A stretch of DNA of 63,561 nucleotides, filler included, from Piptocephalis cylindrospora (lineage: Eukaryota): assembly GCA_003614145.1 (NCBI GenBank). It is 16 parts of 16 records of this genome, joined end to end, with 100 filler letters (N's around TTAATTAATTAA, not from the genome) between each part and the next. Parts side by side here need not be neighbours in the genome. Positions count along the whole stretch, not along the records: positions 1 to 3,829 come from KZ988598.1; positions 3,930 to 7,857 come from KZ988599.1; positions 7,958 to 11,769 come from KZ988600.1; 13 more parts are not named here. The stretch is one strand, 5' to 3'. Shown one piece after another: positions 1-10,609 of this stretch; position 1 is the first letter of the stretch; every line of letters begins with the position of its first letter. A program made the translations under genes and the position numbers. The notes below the pieces were generated by a model that ran no database searches, was not told the origin of the DNA, and saw only the letters and a program-made list of their open reading frames with translations.

Positions 1-33
1 ACCCTCATTTCCCCCCCCTCCCGCCATCCCAGA

Positions 34-1814
34 ATGCCATCCATCTTCACAAAGGGTCTAGCTGCCCTTCCATTCATCCTTATCTTAGGATACATTGCCG
101 TTTTTGCCCTGCAGATCCTCGAATTGTCCTTCCCGACTCTGCACATTCCTTTGTACCATGCGGCCCGACCGGCTTTACCCTCAAGTCCCAACCGCCTACA
201 CTCACCCTACTATTCAAAGGATCAAAAATACATTATGGATCTCCATGCCACCTCTTCCCCCTCAACGCCCGCTTCTACCCTTGGCCCCGACTCCCCGAGT
301 TACCTAGGCCAGATAGACCACCTGACCCTGGATACTTCCTCTCTCCAACACTCCTTCCTCCTACCTGTCCCCGCGTCAAACCCCACCACGCCCCTTTACC
401 TTCATATCATCCTTCAGCCCAGCCCACTTCCACAGGACGCCCCCGTAATCCATCGCGTCTTCCCCATCATCCAATATTTGGTTCCTCGAGCAGAAAAGCA
501 TCATCTTCTTGACTCCCCTTCACCATCTTCCTCACCCGCCTCTGCTCCCTCCACCACTCCCATCCCGCATCTCCCTCGAAAGATCCGTCTCCATCTTTGC
601 AGGGACCGTACATCCTATCCTCATGGGCAGATCCCTCGGGATGTCGCAGGCAACATGCAACTTCTCCATACGCCCCCACACGCCTACCTTCCCATTGTGG
701 ACGTGGACAAAATGGCCTCAGCTACTTCTAAAGACATTGAGCTCCTCTTCACATTCCCTCACATCATCGAGGACCCATCCATCCCCAAGGAAGAGGCCTT
801 TGTCCCCCTCAACTCCCTCCCATCCTCATCGCCCTCAACCCCCACCCACTTTGGCTTCCTCCTCGAGGTTCACAGTGTATCCTTGGGCTGGTTCCGTCTG
901 ACCCGGTCCATCGACGCTAACGTCGACGCCCTCTCCTCCCCCTCTTCAGCCTCCACCCTCAAGATCTCTCAGGAGGAGGGGAGGAATATGAAAGGGATGA
1001 TCGCCGATACTGACCCCTCCCTGCTGGCCTTTACCCTCCTGGCTGCCCTTCTCCATGGGCTCTTTGAGTGGCTAGCCTTCAAGGAGGATGTTCAGCACTG
1101 GAGGAAGTTGGATTCCCTGGAGGGTACCTCCTACACCGCCGTCCTCCTCGATGCCGCCACCCGATGCTTCACTGTGGTGTACCTCTACGAAAAGAGACAG
1201 GACACCAGTCTCCTTATTCTCGGTGGCGCCCTCCTCTCAGCTTGCACTGCCCTCTGGAAGGTGCGTCGGGCTTGGGCCCATCGTGCCTCCAACCCGGCCT
1301 CTGGAGGCCCCAAGCCTAGCAGGGAACTGACTTTGACGGAAAAGGCGGATGCCCAAGCCACCCGATACCTCTTTCTCCTTGGTCCTCCCTTGGCCCTGAC
1401 CTACGCTGTTTGGTCTCTGTATTACGTTACCCATACCAGCTTCCATGCCTGGACGATGAATTCCCTCATGGCCCTCATGTACCTTCTTGGTTTGTACGTT
1501 AATCTTCTTTCATTCTCTCCCCCTTGCCCCATCACTCATCTTCTCCATGATCTAGCATCACAATGACCCCTCAAGTCCTGGTCAATCACAAATTAAGATC
1601 AGTAGCCGCCATGCCAGTCAAGGTGTTCATCTATCGGTTCCTCAACACCATTGTCGATGATCTCTTTGCCATGGTTATGCCCATGCCCAATCTGACGCGG
1701 GTAGCGGCGTTTCGGGATGATGTGATCTTTGTCATTCTCATTGCTCAAATGTGGTGGTATCCACGAAGGAAGAGCGAGGAGAAGGAGGAGGAGAAGAAAG
1801 AAAAGGCCGAGTAG
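34..1814 (+). CDS. CLPTM1/CLPTM1L-family membrane protein (lipid scramblase-like); exons ~34-1493 and 1556-1814
   Basis: Family motifs LHGLFEWLAFKEDVQHWRK and, after removing GTACGT..CTAG intron 1494-1555, GFITMTPQVLVNHKLRSVAAMP, FLNTIVDDLFA, FRDDVIF. Confidence 0.88.
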
Positions 1815-2272
1815 AGAATAAATGCATGTAGATCCGGATTATCCTTGTTGATGGAGGAGATGGGCCGTACATGAAGAACAGGTGGGACGTCCTTTGAATG
1901 TTACCATGATACTTGAGAGGAAAGACCTGGAAAGGAGACGGAATAAAAACAACCACTGCATTTCCTCCCATCCTTCCTTTTCCCCTTTACTTCATATGCG
2001 CCTTTGTGAGGATGCAGGGAGAGAGAGGGTAATTCTCTCACTCTCTGATCCCGTTAAAACAGCAATACCCTGATCATGATACGAACAGGCACACGCACAC
2101 ATACGCTTGCATACACCCACGTGCAACTCGACTCACACACGCACATACATACACAGAGGCATGTGCGCCTCTCCCCCCCTCAACACACGCACGCACACAC
2201 ACATGGAGGGAGAGGCAAGAAAGAGAGACAAAGACGACAAAAGCGCAGTCCCTCACGTCACCTCAGATCACA

Positions 2273-3766
2273 TCACATCAGGTCAGTAGCCTTGTCCACC
2301 TCCATCATAATGAGAGAAGAGGGGGGGGAAGGGTGGTGATGATGATGATGCTTCTCACCACGTTGCTTTCCACTCTCCTCCCTAGCCCATTCCTGAGAGG
2401 GTTGAGTGTTGGGAGGGGTGGGGTGTGGGATGTGGGAGGAGGTGGAGGATGGCCCGGTAGAGGATCCCGTGGAGGGGGAAAATGGGGACTTTGGAGTGGA
2501 GGAGAAGGGGGGTGGGGAGACGGCCGAGAGGATGGAGGTGGAAGGGGCAATCGAAGAGGAAATCCCCTTGACATGAGACCCATCACACTCCCTCATCCTC
2601 TTTGCAGGACCCCCTTCTTCCATGACACGGGCAACCTCAACCCCAAGTCTTTCAGGCTTAGGGGAGGAGGAGGAGGAGGAGGAGGAGGAGGAGGGCCCAT
2701 TAAGGTTAAGAAGATGCCGACGAAGGGTACTAGTCCAGAGGACCAGCTTATCTGGGACAATGTACAAGTCCCAGTCCAACCAGGCAATCAAGGACCTCTC
2801 GCACCTGCCAACTTCCTCGACGGACAGACCACTGATACGAGCCCAAGCGCGATTGGAGTACCGACGATCATCGAGGTACTTGACCGAAAGGACCAAGGCA
2901 GCGAGGAACATGCGACGACCACAGACCCTGGGGTCCGATGAGGCTCCCCCACCCCTCTTCCCCGATCTTGAGGAGGAAGGGGGGGGAGGGGAAGTGGATG
3001 AACACAAGGAGTTCCTGGAGGCCCTGGCCAAGTAGTATAGAGCAACGGTAACGCTGATACCACTGGGTCTGGAGCGTCGAAGGACCTCACGGAGAAAGTA
3101 CCTAAGAGAGGAGACCTCCTGGGATCCAGTGCCGACGGGAGGATGGGGCCAAATGGCCAATATGACCCTATCGCTCATCTCGACTAACATGGCCATTTCC
3201 TGGGCCCTTGCCGCCTTTACCTTGATGGCCTCAACCAGATGGGGGTCGATGGCCGAGGAAGGGGAGGGGCAAGAGGAAGTGGACATGGAAGAGGAGAATG
3301 AGGAAGAGGAGGAGGAGGAGGAGGAGGAGGAAGAAGAAGAAGTGGAAGAGGAAAAGGAGGAGACCATGGGGAGCTGGACCGGTGCGACCAGATGAGTGGG
3401 GACGGGGGTGGAGGAGGAGGAGGAGGAGGCGGAGGTGATGGTGGTAGCAGTGACGGGGATAGTCATGGAGGCAGGGCTGGAGACCAGGGAGGAGGTATTG
3501 GAGAGGATGGTGGGTCGATGATCCGACGTATCAGACGAACCCGTCCGACGCGGAGATGGACCGCCGAAGGAGGGGGAGAAGGATGAAGAAGAGGGGATGG
3601 GATGATCCGAGGCGGTTCTTCGACAGCGTTCCTCCGCAGGATGAATACACCTCCTTGCCCGGGGACTCGAGATAGCCGAACCCAAGGTCATTGGGTGATC
3701 GGGGAGGGGGGAGGGGGAGGGGTTCACGGGGGCTCGTAGGGCAGAGCCAGGGGGAAAACAGGACAT
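2273..3766 (-). CDS. Pho85-type cyclin (Pcl5/Clg1/Pas1-like) with Ser/Pro-rich flanks
   Basis: Cyclin box CGRRMFLAALVLSVKYLDDRRYSNRAWARISGL...ERSLIAWLDWDL. Confidence 0.85.
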   Translation of the reverse strand: MSCFPPGSALRAPVNPSPSPLPDHPMTLGSAISSPRARRCIHPAEERCRRTASDHPIPSSSSFSPSFGGPSPRRTGSSDTSDHRPTILSNTSSLVSSPASMTIPVTATTITSASSSSSSTPVPTHLVAPVQLPMVSSFSSSTSSSSSSSSSSSSSSFSSSMSTSSCPSPSSAIDPHLVEAIKVKAARAQEMAMLVEMSDRVILAIWPHPPVGTGSQEVSSLRYFLREVLRRSRPSGISVTVALYYLARASRNSLCSSTSPPPPSSSRSGKRGGGASSDPRVCGRRMFLAALVLSVKYLDDRRYSNRAWARISGLSVEEVGRCERSLIAWLDWDLYIVPDKLVLWTSTLRRHLLNLNGPSSSSSSSSSSPKPERLGVEVARVMEEGGPAKRMRECDGSHVKGISSSIAPSTSILSAVSPPPFSSTPKSPFSPSTGSSTGPSSTSSHIPHPTPPNTQPSQEWAREESGKQRGEKHHHHHHPSPPSSLIMMEVDKATDLM

Positions 3767-3829
3767 GGGTTTGTGGGCCTGGAAGGAGGAGGGGAGCTCC
3801 GAGGCGGAGGTGGGGCAGGAGTAAGCGGA

Positions 3830-3929
3830 NNNNNNNNNNNNNNNNNNNNNNNNNNNNNNNNNNNNNNNNNNNNTTAATTAATTAANNNNNNNNNNNNNNN
3901 NNNNNNNNNNNNNNNNNNNNNNNNNNNNN
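3830..3929. other. Artificial contig linker (N-TTAATTAATTAA-N); also at 7858, 11770, 15791, 19802, 23701, 27707, 31709, 35703, 39695, 43687, 47671, 51652, 55627 and 59598
   Basis: Identical 100-nt spacers with stops in all six frames; contig lengths mostly descend from ~3930 to ~3870 bp. Confidence 0.98.
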
Positions 3930-4077
3930 TCCTCGTAGGGAAAATAATGCCCCTTCCTCCTGTCAAGTTCCATTACCGCCCTTTCATGCTAACCATTCGG
4001 ACGACATCACTGCCACACCGTCTGCCCATCCCCCCCCTCCCCCTCGTCGCCCCGACCCCCTCCCCCTAACCCCCCCA

Positions 4078-4456
4078 CCGAACAGGGGAGGGCAGCTCTC
4101 CCTTCAATATTGCTTGGGGTGTTGTGAGAAGAGATTGCCCAGGGAGCCCCCTTCTTGGCCTTGAACAGGTCCTTCCCATACCTTGCGACCGCTCAGCTCC
4201 GCCATTTCAAAAATACATCCAAACTCCGCCTACTCAATCTGTCTCTGAGGGAAGGAGCGTCTCTAGTACTGACTACAAGGCGTAGGCTGGACTAAGCTTC
4301 CACGTCCTCGGTAGATACCTGCTGCTGCCTAGAGGTTCTGCAGTATGGAATGGCACAACCGTTCAAAGAAGCCAGCCGATGCTCCGCTTATCCCGCCTTG
4401 AAAGCTCTGATCATCTCCCAGCAATATTGAAGGGAGAGCTGCCCTCTCCTGTTCGG
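4078..4456. repeat. Long imperfect inverted repeat / rod-like foldback upstream of GNA1
   Basis: 4078-4114 pairs with 4420-4456 (36/37 Watson-Crick plus one G-U); inner bulged pairing ~4157-4197 with ~4332-4373. Confidence 0.8.
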
Positions 4457-4593
4457 CTGGATGTGTATAGGTAAGTGGCTGCTTTCAGGACCAGGTGCAA
4501 CAAGGTCCTCTGGGCATTCCTACTAGCCTTTTATTCTCTCTCCTCCTTCCTTCCTCCCTCCATTGGCTCCCGCCTCCTTCTGATCCTCCCAAA

Positions 4594-5133
4594 ATGTCTG
4601 ACCTTCTCTTCCCCCCCCACCTCATCTCTCCTTCCGTCCAAAAGGCCCTGCCCAAGGGCTATCACATGAGGCCTTTGTCCTCGGCAGACTTTGAGAAGGG
4701 TTTCCTTGAGGCCCTGTCCCACCTGACCGATGTAGGTAGCCCCACCAAGGCCTCCTTCATCGAACGCTTTGCCTACATGAAGACCCATAATCACGAGTAC
4801 TTTACCCTCGTCATCGAGCACACGGAGAGGCAAAAGATTGTTGCCGCTGGCACCATCTTCGTAGAGCGTAAGTTCATCCGTGGTAATGGTCTGGTTGGCC
4901 ATATTGAGGATATTGTTGTGCACGAATCTGCCCGCGGCCTTCAATTTGGCCGGTACATCATCGAAGCGCTCAAGTATGTCGGTGCCAGCACCTCATGCTA
5001 CAAGATTATCCTGGATTGCTCCGAGAAGAACGTGCCCTTTTATGTCAAGTGTGGTTTTAAGCAAAACGAGGTCAAGATGGCTTGGTACATCCCCAAGGAG
5101 GCTGAACGGGCCCTTCCTCTCAGTAAGCTCTAG
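4594..5133 (+). CDS. GNA1: Glucosamine-6-phosphate N-acetyltransferase
   Basis: GNAT motifs GTIFVERKFIRGNGLVGHIEDIVV, CYKIILDCSEKNVPFYVKCGF; ATG at 4594. Confidence 0.95.
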   Translation: MSDLLFPPHLISPSVQKALPKGYHMRPLSSADFEKGFLEALSHLTDVGSPTKASFIERFAYMKTHNHEYFTLVIEHTERQKIVAAGTIFVERKFIRGNGLVGHIEDIVVHESARGLQFGRYIIEALKYVGASTSCYKIILDCSEKNVPFYVKCGFKQNEVKMAWYIPKEAERALPLSKL

Positions 5134-5330
5134 ATCATTGGGTCATAGCATGTTTGTCGCTTGGAAAGGCCCTATTTCTCCTCCTTTCTAGCATCAATCT
5201 AAAATGCATTTGGCTCTTATTCCTTTATTGTTTTTTTCTTTGAAGAAGTGGTTTCCCCATTTTGTACAAGCGCCCAAGGGGGGTTTGTGTATCCAACTGG
5301 CAAAAGTTTCTCACAAAAACAAAACAATTT

Positions 5331-5412
5331 CGTCAGCGACAGGATTTGAACCTGTGCGGGCAGAGCCCAACAGATTTCGAGTCTGTCTCCTTAACCACTC
5401 GGACACACTGAC
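5331..5412 (-). tRNA. tRNA-Ser(CGA), intronless, long variable arm
   Basis: Reverse complement GTCAGTGTGTCCGAGTGGTTAAGGAGACAGACTCGAAATCTGTTGGGCTCTGCCCGCACAGGTTCAAATCCTGTCGCTGACG: cloverleaf, A/B boxes, downstream T-run. Confidence 0.95.
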
Positions 5413-5746
5413 ATACTGATTTTAGATTCCATATGCATTGTAATATTAATAAATAGGAAACCCAGCCAAACAGATCAACTATTCTATCTAATGATCCCTT
5501 ATATGGGTTCTACCCACGCTGTATGGGCTCTAATTTAAAATATATGCTAATTTTGCAAGAAAGAAAAGTAGAGTGGTATTTAGTGGCACGTTACTGGCGC
5601 CCATCTTACATAAAGGCCCTTACCGTGGTAGTGATAAATGAAAGTGGTGGCGATGACGATCGTACTGATGATCATGGCTCCCCGTACACCAACCTTCCCC
5701 CTATTTCCCATTTCTCTCCTCCCAATGGCTTCTGAAGTGAATTATG

Positions 5747-5959
5747 ATGATGATAAAACCATTTTATTTTCCCCAGTGGGATAGGCGGATGGGCATCCGA
5801 ACACAGTGTCTGCTAAGATAGCTGGCATGTGTGGTACCAGGAGCACTATGCTCCCGACATGTACCCTATGCTAAAGAAGAGATGGATGGATGCTACAGAG
5901 CCCTGAAGTCTACCTTCACCCGAAGAAACGTCCTCCACCACAAGAGTCTCTGGGAGCAA
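5747..5959 (-). mobile_element. 5'-truncated non-LTR retroelement/SINE-like insert, copy 1
   Basis: Exact 16-bp direct repeat TCTGAAGTGAATTATG at 5731-5746 and 5960-5975; minus strand ends AATAAA...(ATC)n; homologous to 46031-46113 and ~29151-29270. Confidence 0.7.
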
Positions 5960-6099
5960 TCTGAAGTGAATTATGCCCCTACTGTATAATTATGTATGCC
6001 AAGTTTGCAGGAAACCCCTATCATCGTATCTTCTCCTTTTCCTTCCTCATCTTAGTAATGATAGCATGCTGTGCATATTTCCCTCAGGAGGGATAGGCG

Positions 6100-7857
6100 A
6101 ACCAACATAAAGCGAGAATCGGAGACAATGATTCGTAGGGAGGTATCATGGATTACAAAAGCAAAAAGATATTCTAAACAGCAATAAGATCGTGGGAAAG
6201 AAGTACATTACCTCCTGGAAAGGTAAAGCTATGGCAATTGGTTCAAAAGACAACGGCGTACTGCGGGGATAAGGCCATTGTTCTACATCTGGTAACGACT
6301 TGGACTTTTTATTCGACATGTCATCCCTTAGATATGATGATAGAACCGGTTCATTCTCCCTCATAGGACATCCAGGTGAGTAGGAAGAAACGCGGGATGG
6401 CGTCTTGAATGCCCAGACACAAAGCTGCTATAGCTCAGCTGCCCCATAAAACACGAGGGCCCCATGACGTACCTTGGTATGGGCGTGAGCCAAAGCAGAA
6501 AACGAACGTGCAGCCATCTGTTGAAACGACATGCTGTAATGCAAAACTGGACAGGGTTATTTTGAGTGAAAGGGCGAGGGGAATGAAGAAGAAACACGAT
6601 CCAGAAAAGTTAGTGAGAAGAAAGGGACATATACTAACACAGTACAACAAATCTTCAGCGCACTTATTGAAGAGACGGATAAACATTATCTCCCCACGCA
6701 TCACGGAGCCATCCGGGTGCTTTGGGCACGGGAACTCCCCATGGATATTCAGACACCGAACATCTGCCCACAAGGACCGTGTCAGTGGTCATGGCCCTAG
6801 CAGGCCCAAACCGCCCCATGCTAAGTCATAATAATATTAACTGTGGGAGCCAAACGGCCCCACAATAATCACATCGATGAAAATTGCGACAAGAGGATAT
6901 AAACACGACGCGTACGGTTAGGTGGACGCAATGACTAGGCTAAAGCTCAACATAACGATCACAGGATAATGTAACCAATGATGCTGGAACGAGCAAAAGT
7001 CTATTGAAATATATCCTTGAGGTGTTCCGGGGAATGGAGGACAAAGGGGAGAAATGTATTTAAGGAGGGAGATGGTGGGGGATCCGAGCGTCTGTTCTGG
7101 GGGCTTCCCATCTCTTTTCTCTTTTACTTTCTCACCCTGTTCCTTGGATCCTCTGGTTCTGATTTAGCTGGGAACTCGGCCCCTCATCATTTAGGTTGTC
7201 ACAATAACAATGCATACCGTAATCAATTCCCAATGAATGCGACTTGACAAGCTTCATGGGATAGATTGACCGATGTCTCTGAGAATAGGATCATGTATCC
7301 CCTCTCCCCTCCCCCCAGCCCCTTTCCCCCATGAAATATCCTGAACAAAGGATTAGGAAGAGAAATGGCTCTGCTATGGGATGTCACGCTCGGGCTACTT
7401 TAAATGATGAATCCTGACAGGTTGTCCATCTGCATGGATTTAAAATGCTTTATACTTGTTCAAGTATCAAAATAATTCTCCAATTTGAAGCAAGTATGAT
7501 CTTATCTGGCTTTCAGGATCAGATTGGGATGACACCTAAGGGGCGACAAGGCCTAGACGGGTAATACATTCGGATACTCTGTAGCCTGTCCTATGAGGGA
7601 GAATGAACCGGTTCTATCATCATATCTAAGGGATGACATGTCGAATAAAAAGTCCAAGTCGTTACCAGATGTAGAACAATGGCCTTATCCCCGCAGTACG
7701 CCGTTGTCTTTTGAACCAATTGCCATAGCTTTACCTTTCCAGGAGGTAATGTACTTCTTTCCCACGATCTTATTGCTGTTTAGAATATCTTTTTGCTTTT
7801 GTAATCCATGATACCTCCCTACGAATCATTGTCTCCGATTCTCGCTTTATGTTGGTT
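6100..7857. repeat. 271-bp apparently identical inverted repeat (6100-6370 and 7587-7857), right arm running to the contig end
   Basis: The same 72-aa ORF appears on opposite strands (6146-6364 minus, 7593-7811 plus). Confidence 0.9.
6842..7203 (+). mobile_element. Solo LTR (362 bp)
   Basis: TGTG...CACA termini, near-TSD TTAAC/ATAAC, internal TATTTAAGG; 3' part similar to 14985-15353 (TTAGGTTGYCACA end). Confidence 0.7.
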
Positions 7858-7957
7858 NNNNNNNNNNNNNNNNNNNNNNNNNNNNNNNNNNNNNNNNNNN
7901 NTTAATTAATTAANNNNNNNNNNNNNNNNNNNNNNNNNNNNNNNNNNNNNNNNNNNN

Positions 7958-9759
7958 CAGGAGGAGTTGGGATGGAGAGGAGGGTCGAGACGGGAGAGCA
8001 TAGACCAGAGATGGTTAATCCGGCGCTTCTGGACTCGATCCTGCCGCTGCCGTTCGTCTCGGGCCTTGTACCGGGCCTTTTGTTGGATTTCCTCATGTAT
8101 CATCTCCATGTCCCGACGAGACATGGATTCAAAGTGCTCGGGTTGTAGATGAGTGGTGAAGGTGTCAAAGGATATTTCCGGGTCGGGGCGGAACGCCTGC
8201 GCCTTGAAGAACTTTTCAATGTCCTTGCGCCGTTGGTAGATGGGCTCGTACGCGTCCTCCACCATATCCCAGAGTAATTCTTGGGGCGTAGAGCCTCCTT
8301 GACCCAGAGCCTCTTGGTAGGCCGGGTGGTCCCGAAGGAGGGGGTAAGCATCCTGCCATCGGGTGGCTGCCCCCACCTCCCCGGTCTCGCGTAATCGGTG
8401 CAGCAAGGCGCGAAGATCCTCTCGATTCCGACGTTCTTTGACATCCTGCTCCTCTCGTTCATCCCGCATTCGGACCCGGTGCTCCTCCTCAAGCCGCTCT
8501 ATGTGTCGGTCAAAGAGGTTGAGGTAATCCCGGGGATCTCCCTGACGGAGCTGTTCATCCGCTTGATAAAGCGGAGTTTCCCCGATGATCTCCTGGGCCT
8601 CGGCCCAGGTGGTATCGGCGCCAAGAGGCAAGGATTCCAAAAGGGTTTGGAACTTGGCCACATTTTCTTTTCGGACCTCCTCCTCCTGGGCCTTCTCCTC
8701 CCGTTGAAGTGATTTGATGTAGGCGTTAAAGTGGTGTCTAATTTCCTCCGGAGAAAATCCCGAGAGGGTGGAGGTTTCTTGAAGCGTAGAAGCGTACTTT
8801 CTGCAGTGAAAAGGGGATGAGATGCCTCTTGATCTCATGACTGTGAGTTAACTCTTCTCAAGAACATTCTTACCTCCACACGGAATAAGCGTTGATAGAA
8901 GGAATGTCTCGAAGGATGGAGATGACGACTTGTCGTCGCTTCTCCACGCGTCTTTCCCTACTTTCATCTTGGACTCGACGGTACTCAGTCTGATACTTCT
9001 GGAAAGTAGCGCGCCGGTCGGCCAAGGCCGGGATGGCATGGTAAAGGTGATGGAAGAGGGTAACGGACATGGCCCGCTCCCAAGTCCAGGATTCATCGAC
9101 CCCCTATCCATGCGCGGAAGATGAGTGAAGGGGAAACGCTACACGTCTCCATTACTACAAAGGACTCACCAGCTCGCATAAAAGCTCCCAGTACCGCTTT
9201 TGAGCCGGGGTAAGTGAAGCGGTTTGCATTTGTTGAAATCGAATGTCCTCTCCATCAGCACGCTTCATGACTTCCTCCAGGGCCTGATTGATTTCAGTGG
9301 GATCCCCCGGGGGTTGAGCCAAAAGGATATCCTCCTGCTGATCCTTTAATTTGGTGTATTCCTGATGCACTATTATAAAATTATATATGCAGGGATGGGT
9401 AAGTAGCGGATAGCATGAGAATGAATGCTCCTAATCACGTACGATCATACAAAGGAGGAGCCTCCCAGGCCGTGATGAGGGACACCTTATTGAAAAAATA
9501 GGGCTTTCCCTCGGGGGTCTTGAATTCTTTCCAGGAGCACTCAACCTATAAGAAACGGAAGATACTGTTAGTCTATGCTGCGGTATGCTGTAGAGGCCAC
9601 CAGGCATGATTTGGCCAAGAGCCGTCAGGATTGACATACCGCACGCGCATCCCGAAGTTCCTCGGGCCGATCCCAGGTGGTAAACTTGAACTGACTATTG
9701 TAATAGTATCGACGGCCCTGAGGATCCTTTAGGATCATCCACAGTGGCTCAGTGGACAT
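7958..9759 (-). CDS. PRP40: U1 snRNP splicing factor Prp40 (WW + FF domains); multi-exon, 3' truncated
   Basis: WW domain LWMILKDPQGRRYYYNSQFKFTTWDRPEEL; FF repeats, e.g. GAATRWQDAYPLLRDHPAY..LGQGGSTPQELLWDMVE. Confidence 0.88.
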
Positions 9760-9968
9760 ACTGCTGCTGATGTGAGAATCGCGAGGTAGCTGGAATGGTG
9801 ATGGTCCAAGAGGAGAGGGGGGAAAAGAAGTTTTTCGGCCGTGTTGTGATTCCAATGTATTTTTGGCTGTGTGCATCTCTATGTGAGAGTCAATGGATAA
9901 ATGTGCGATGGCTGTCTAGGACCTTTCAGTATTGGTATTTGGGATGGTTTATGTATGTGTATGTGTAT

Positions 9969-10001
<33 letters not shown>

Positions 10002-10609
10002 ATGTGTATTGTATGGATATACGTATGTGTATGTTATGTGCGGTCCTACTCCCCAAAAGCCTCTAAAGCATCTGATCATGCTCCATCCAATACCTTGACC
10101 AAGTGCCTTGACGCCCCTTCCCTAGGATACACCAGCCCAACTGTACTACTGGGAGATGGTCCAGTAGGTTTGGATCGATCATATCGATCGATTGTCTAGG
10201 AAGCCGCTGACGGACACAGATGACTTGACTTCCTCTCCTTGGTTGCCCTACCCCAAGTCTCTCTAGCCACAGGGCAACCTTCCCTATATCATTGACCTCG
10301 CAAGCCTACCCTCCCCATCGGTTGCCTTACCCTGTCTCCCTCCTCCTCCCCCTTTTTTCTCTCTCCCTCCCCCCCCTCCTTTACTTGGTAACCATATCCT
10401 ACTTATCAACCTCTCACCTCCCTTCATCTCATCCTACGCCATCCTCCTAGGTTACGAAACAAAAAACAATATCTACCCTTCACGCCTCTTCCTATCTTCC
10501 CCCACTCTCCCTCCATCTTATCTCACGCCATCTTCCAGGATTCAAGCAGAAAGAACAATATTCATCTTTCACGTCTCCTGTCCCGGGACCTGAATGATCT
10601 ATTTTCCCT

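Noticed and set aside
3874..3885. Regularly spaced TTAATTAATTAA palindrome (CRISPR- or repeat-like periodicity)
   Set aside because: Synthetic all-frame-stop linker embedded in Ns
5331..5412. Long-variable-arm tRNA as tRNA-Sec or a recoding tRNA
   Set aside because: Anticodon CGA, standard 7-bp acceptor stem and 82-nt length fit an ordinary tRNA-Ser
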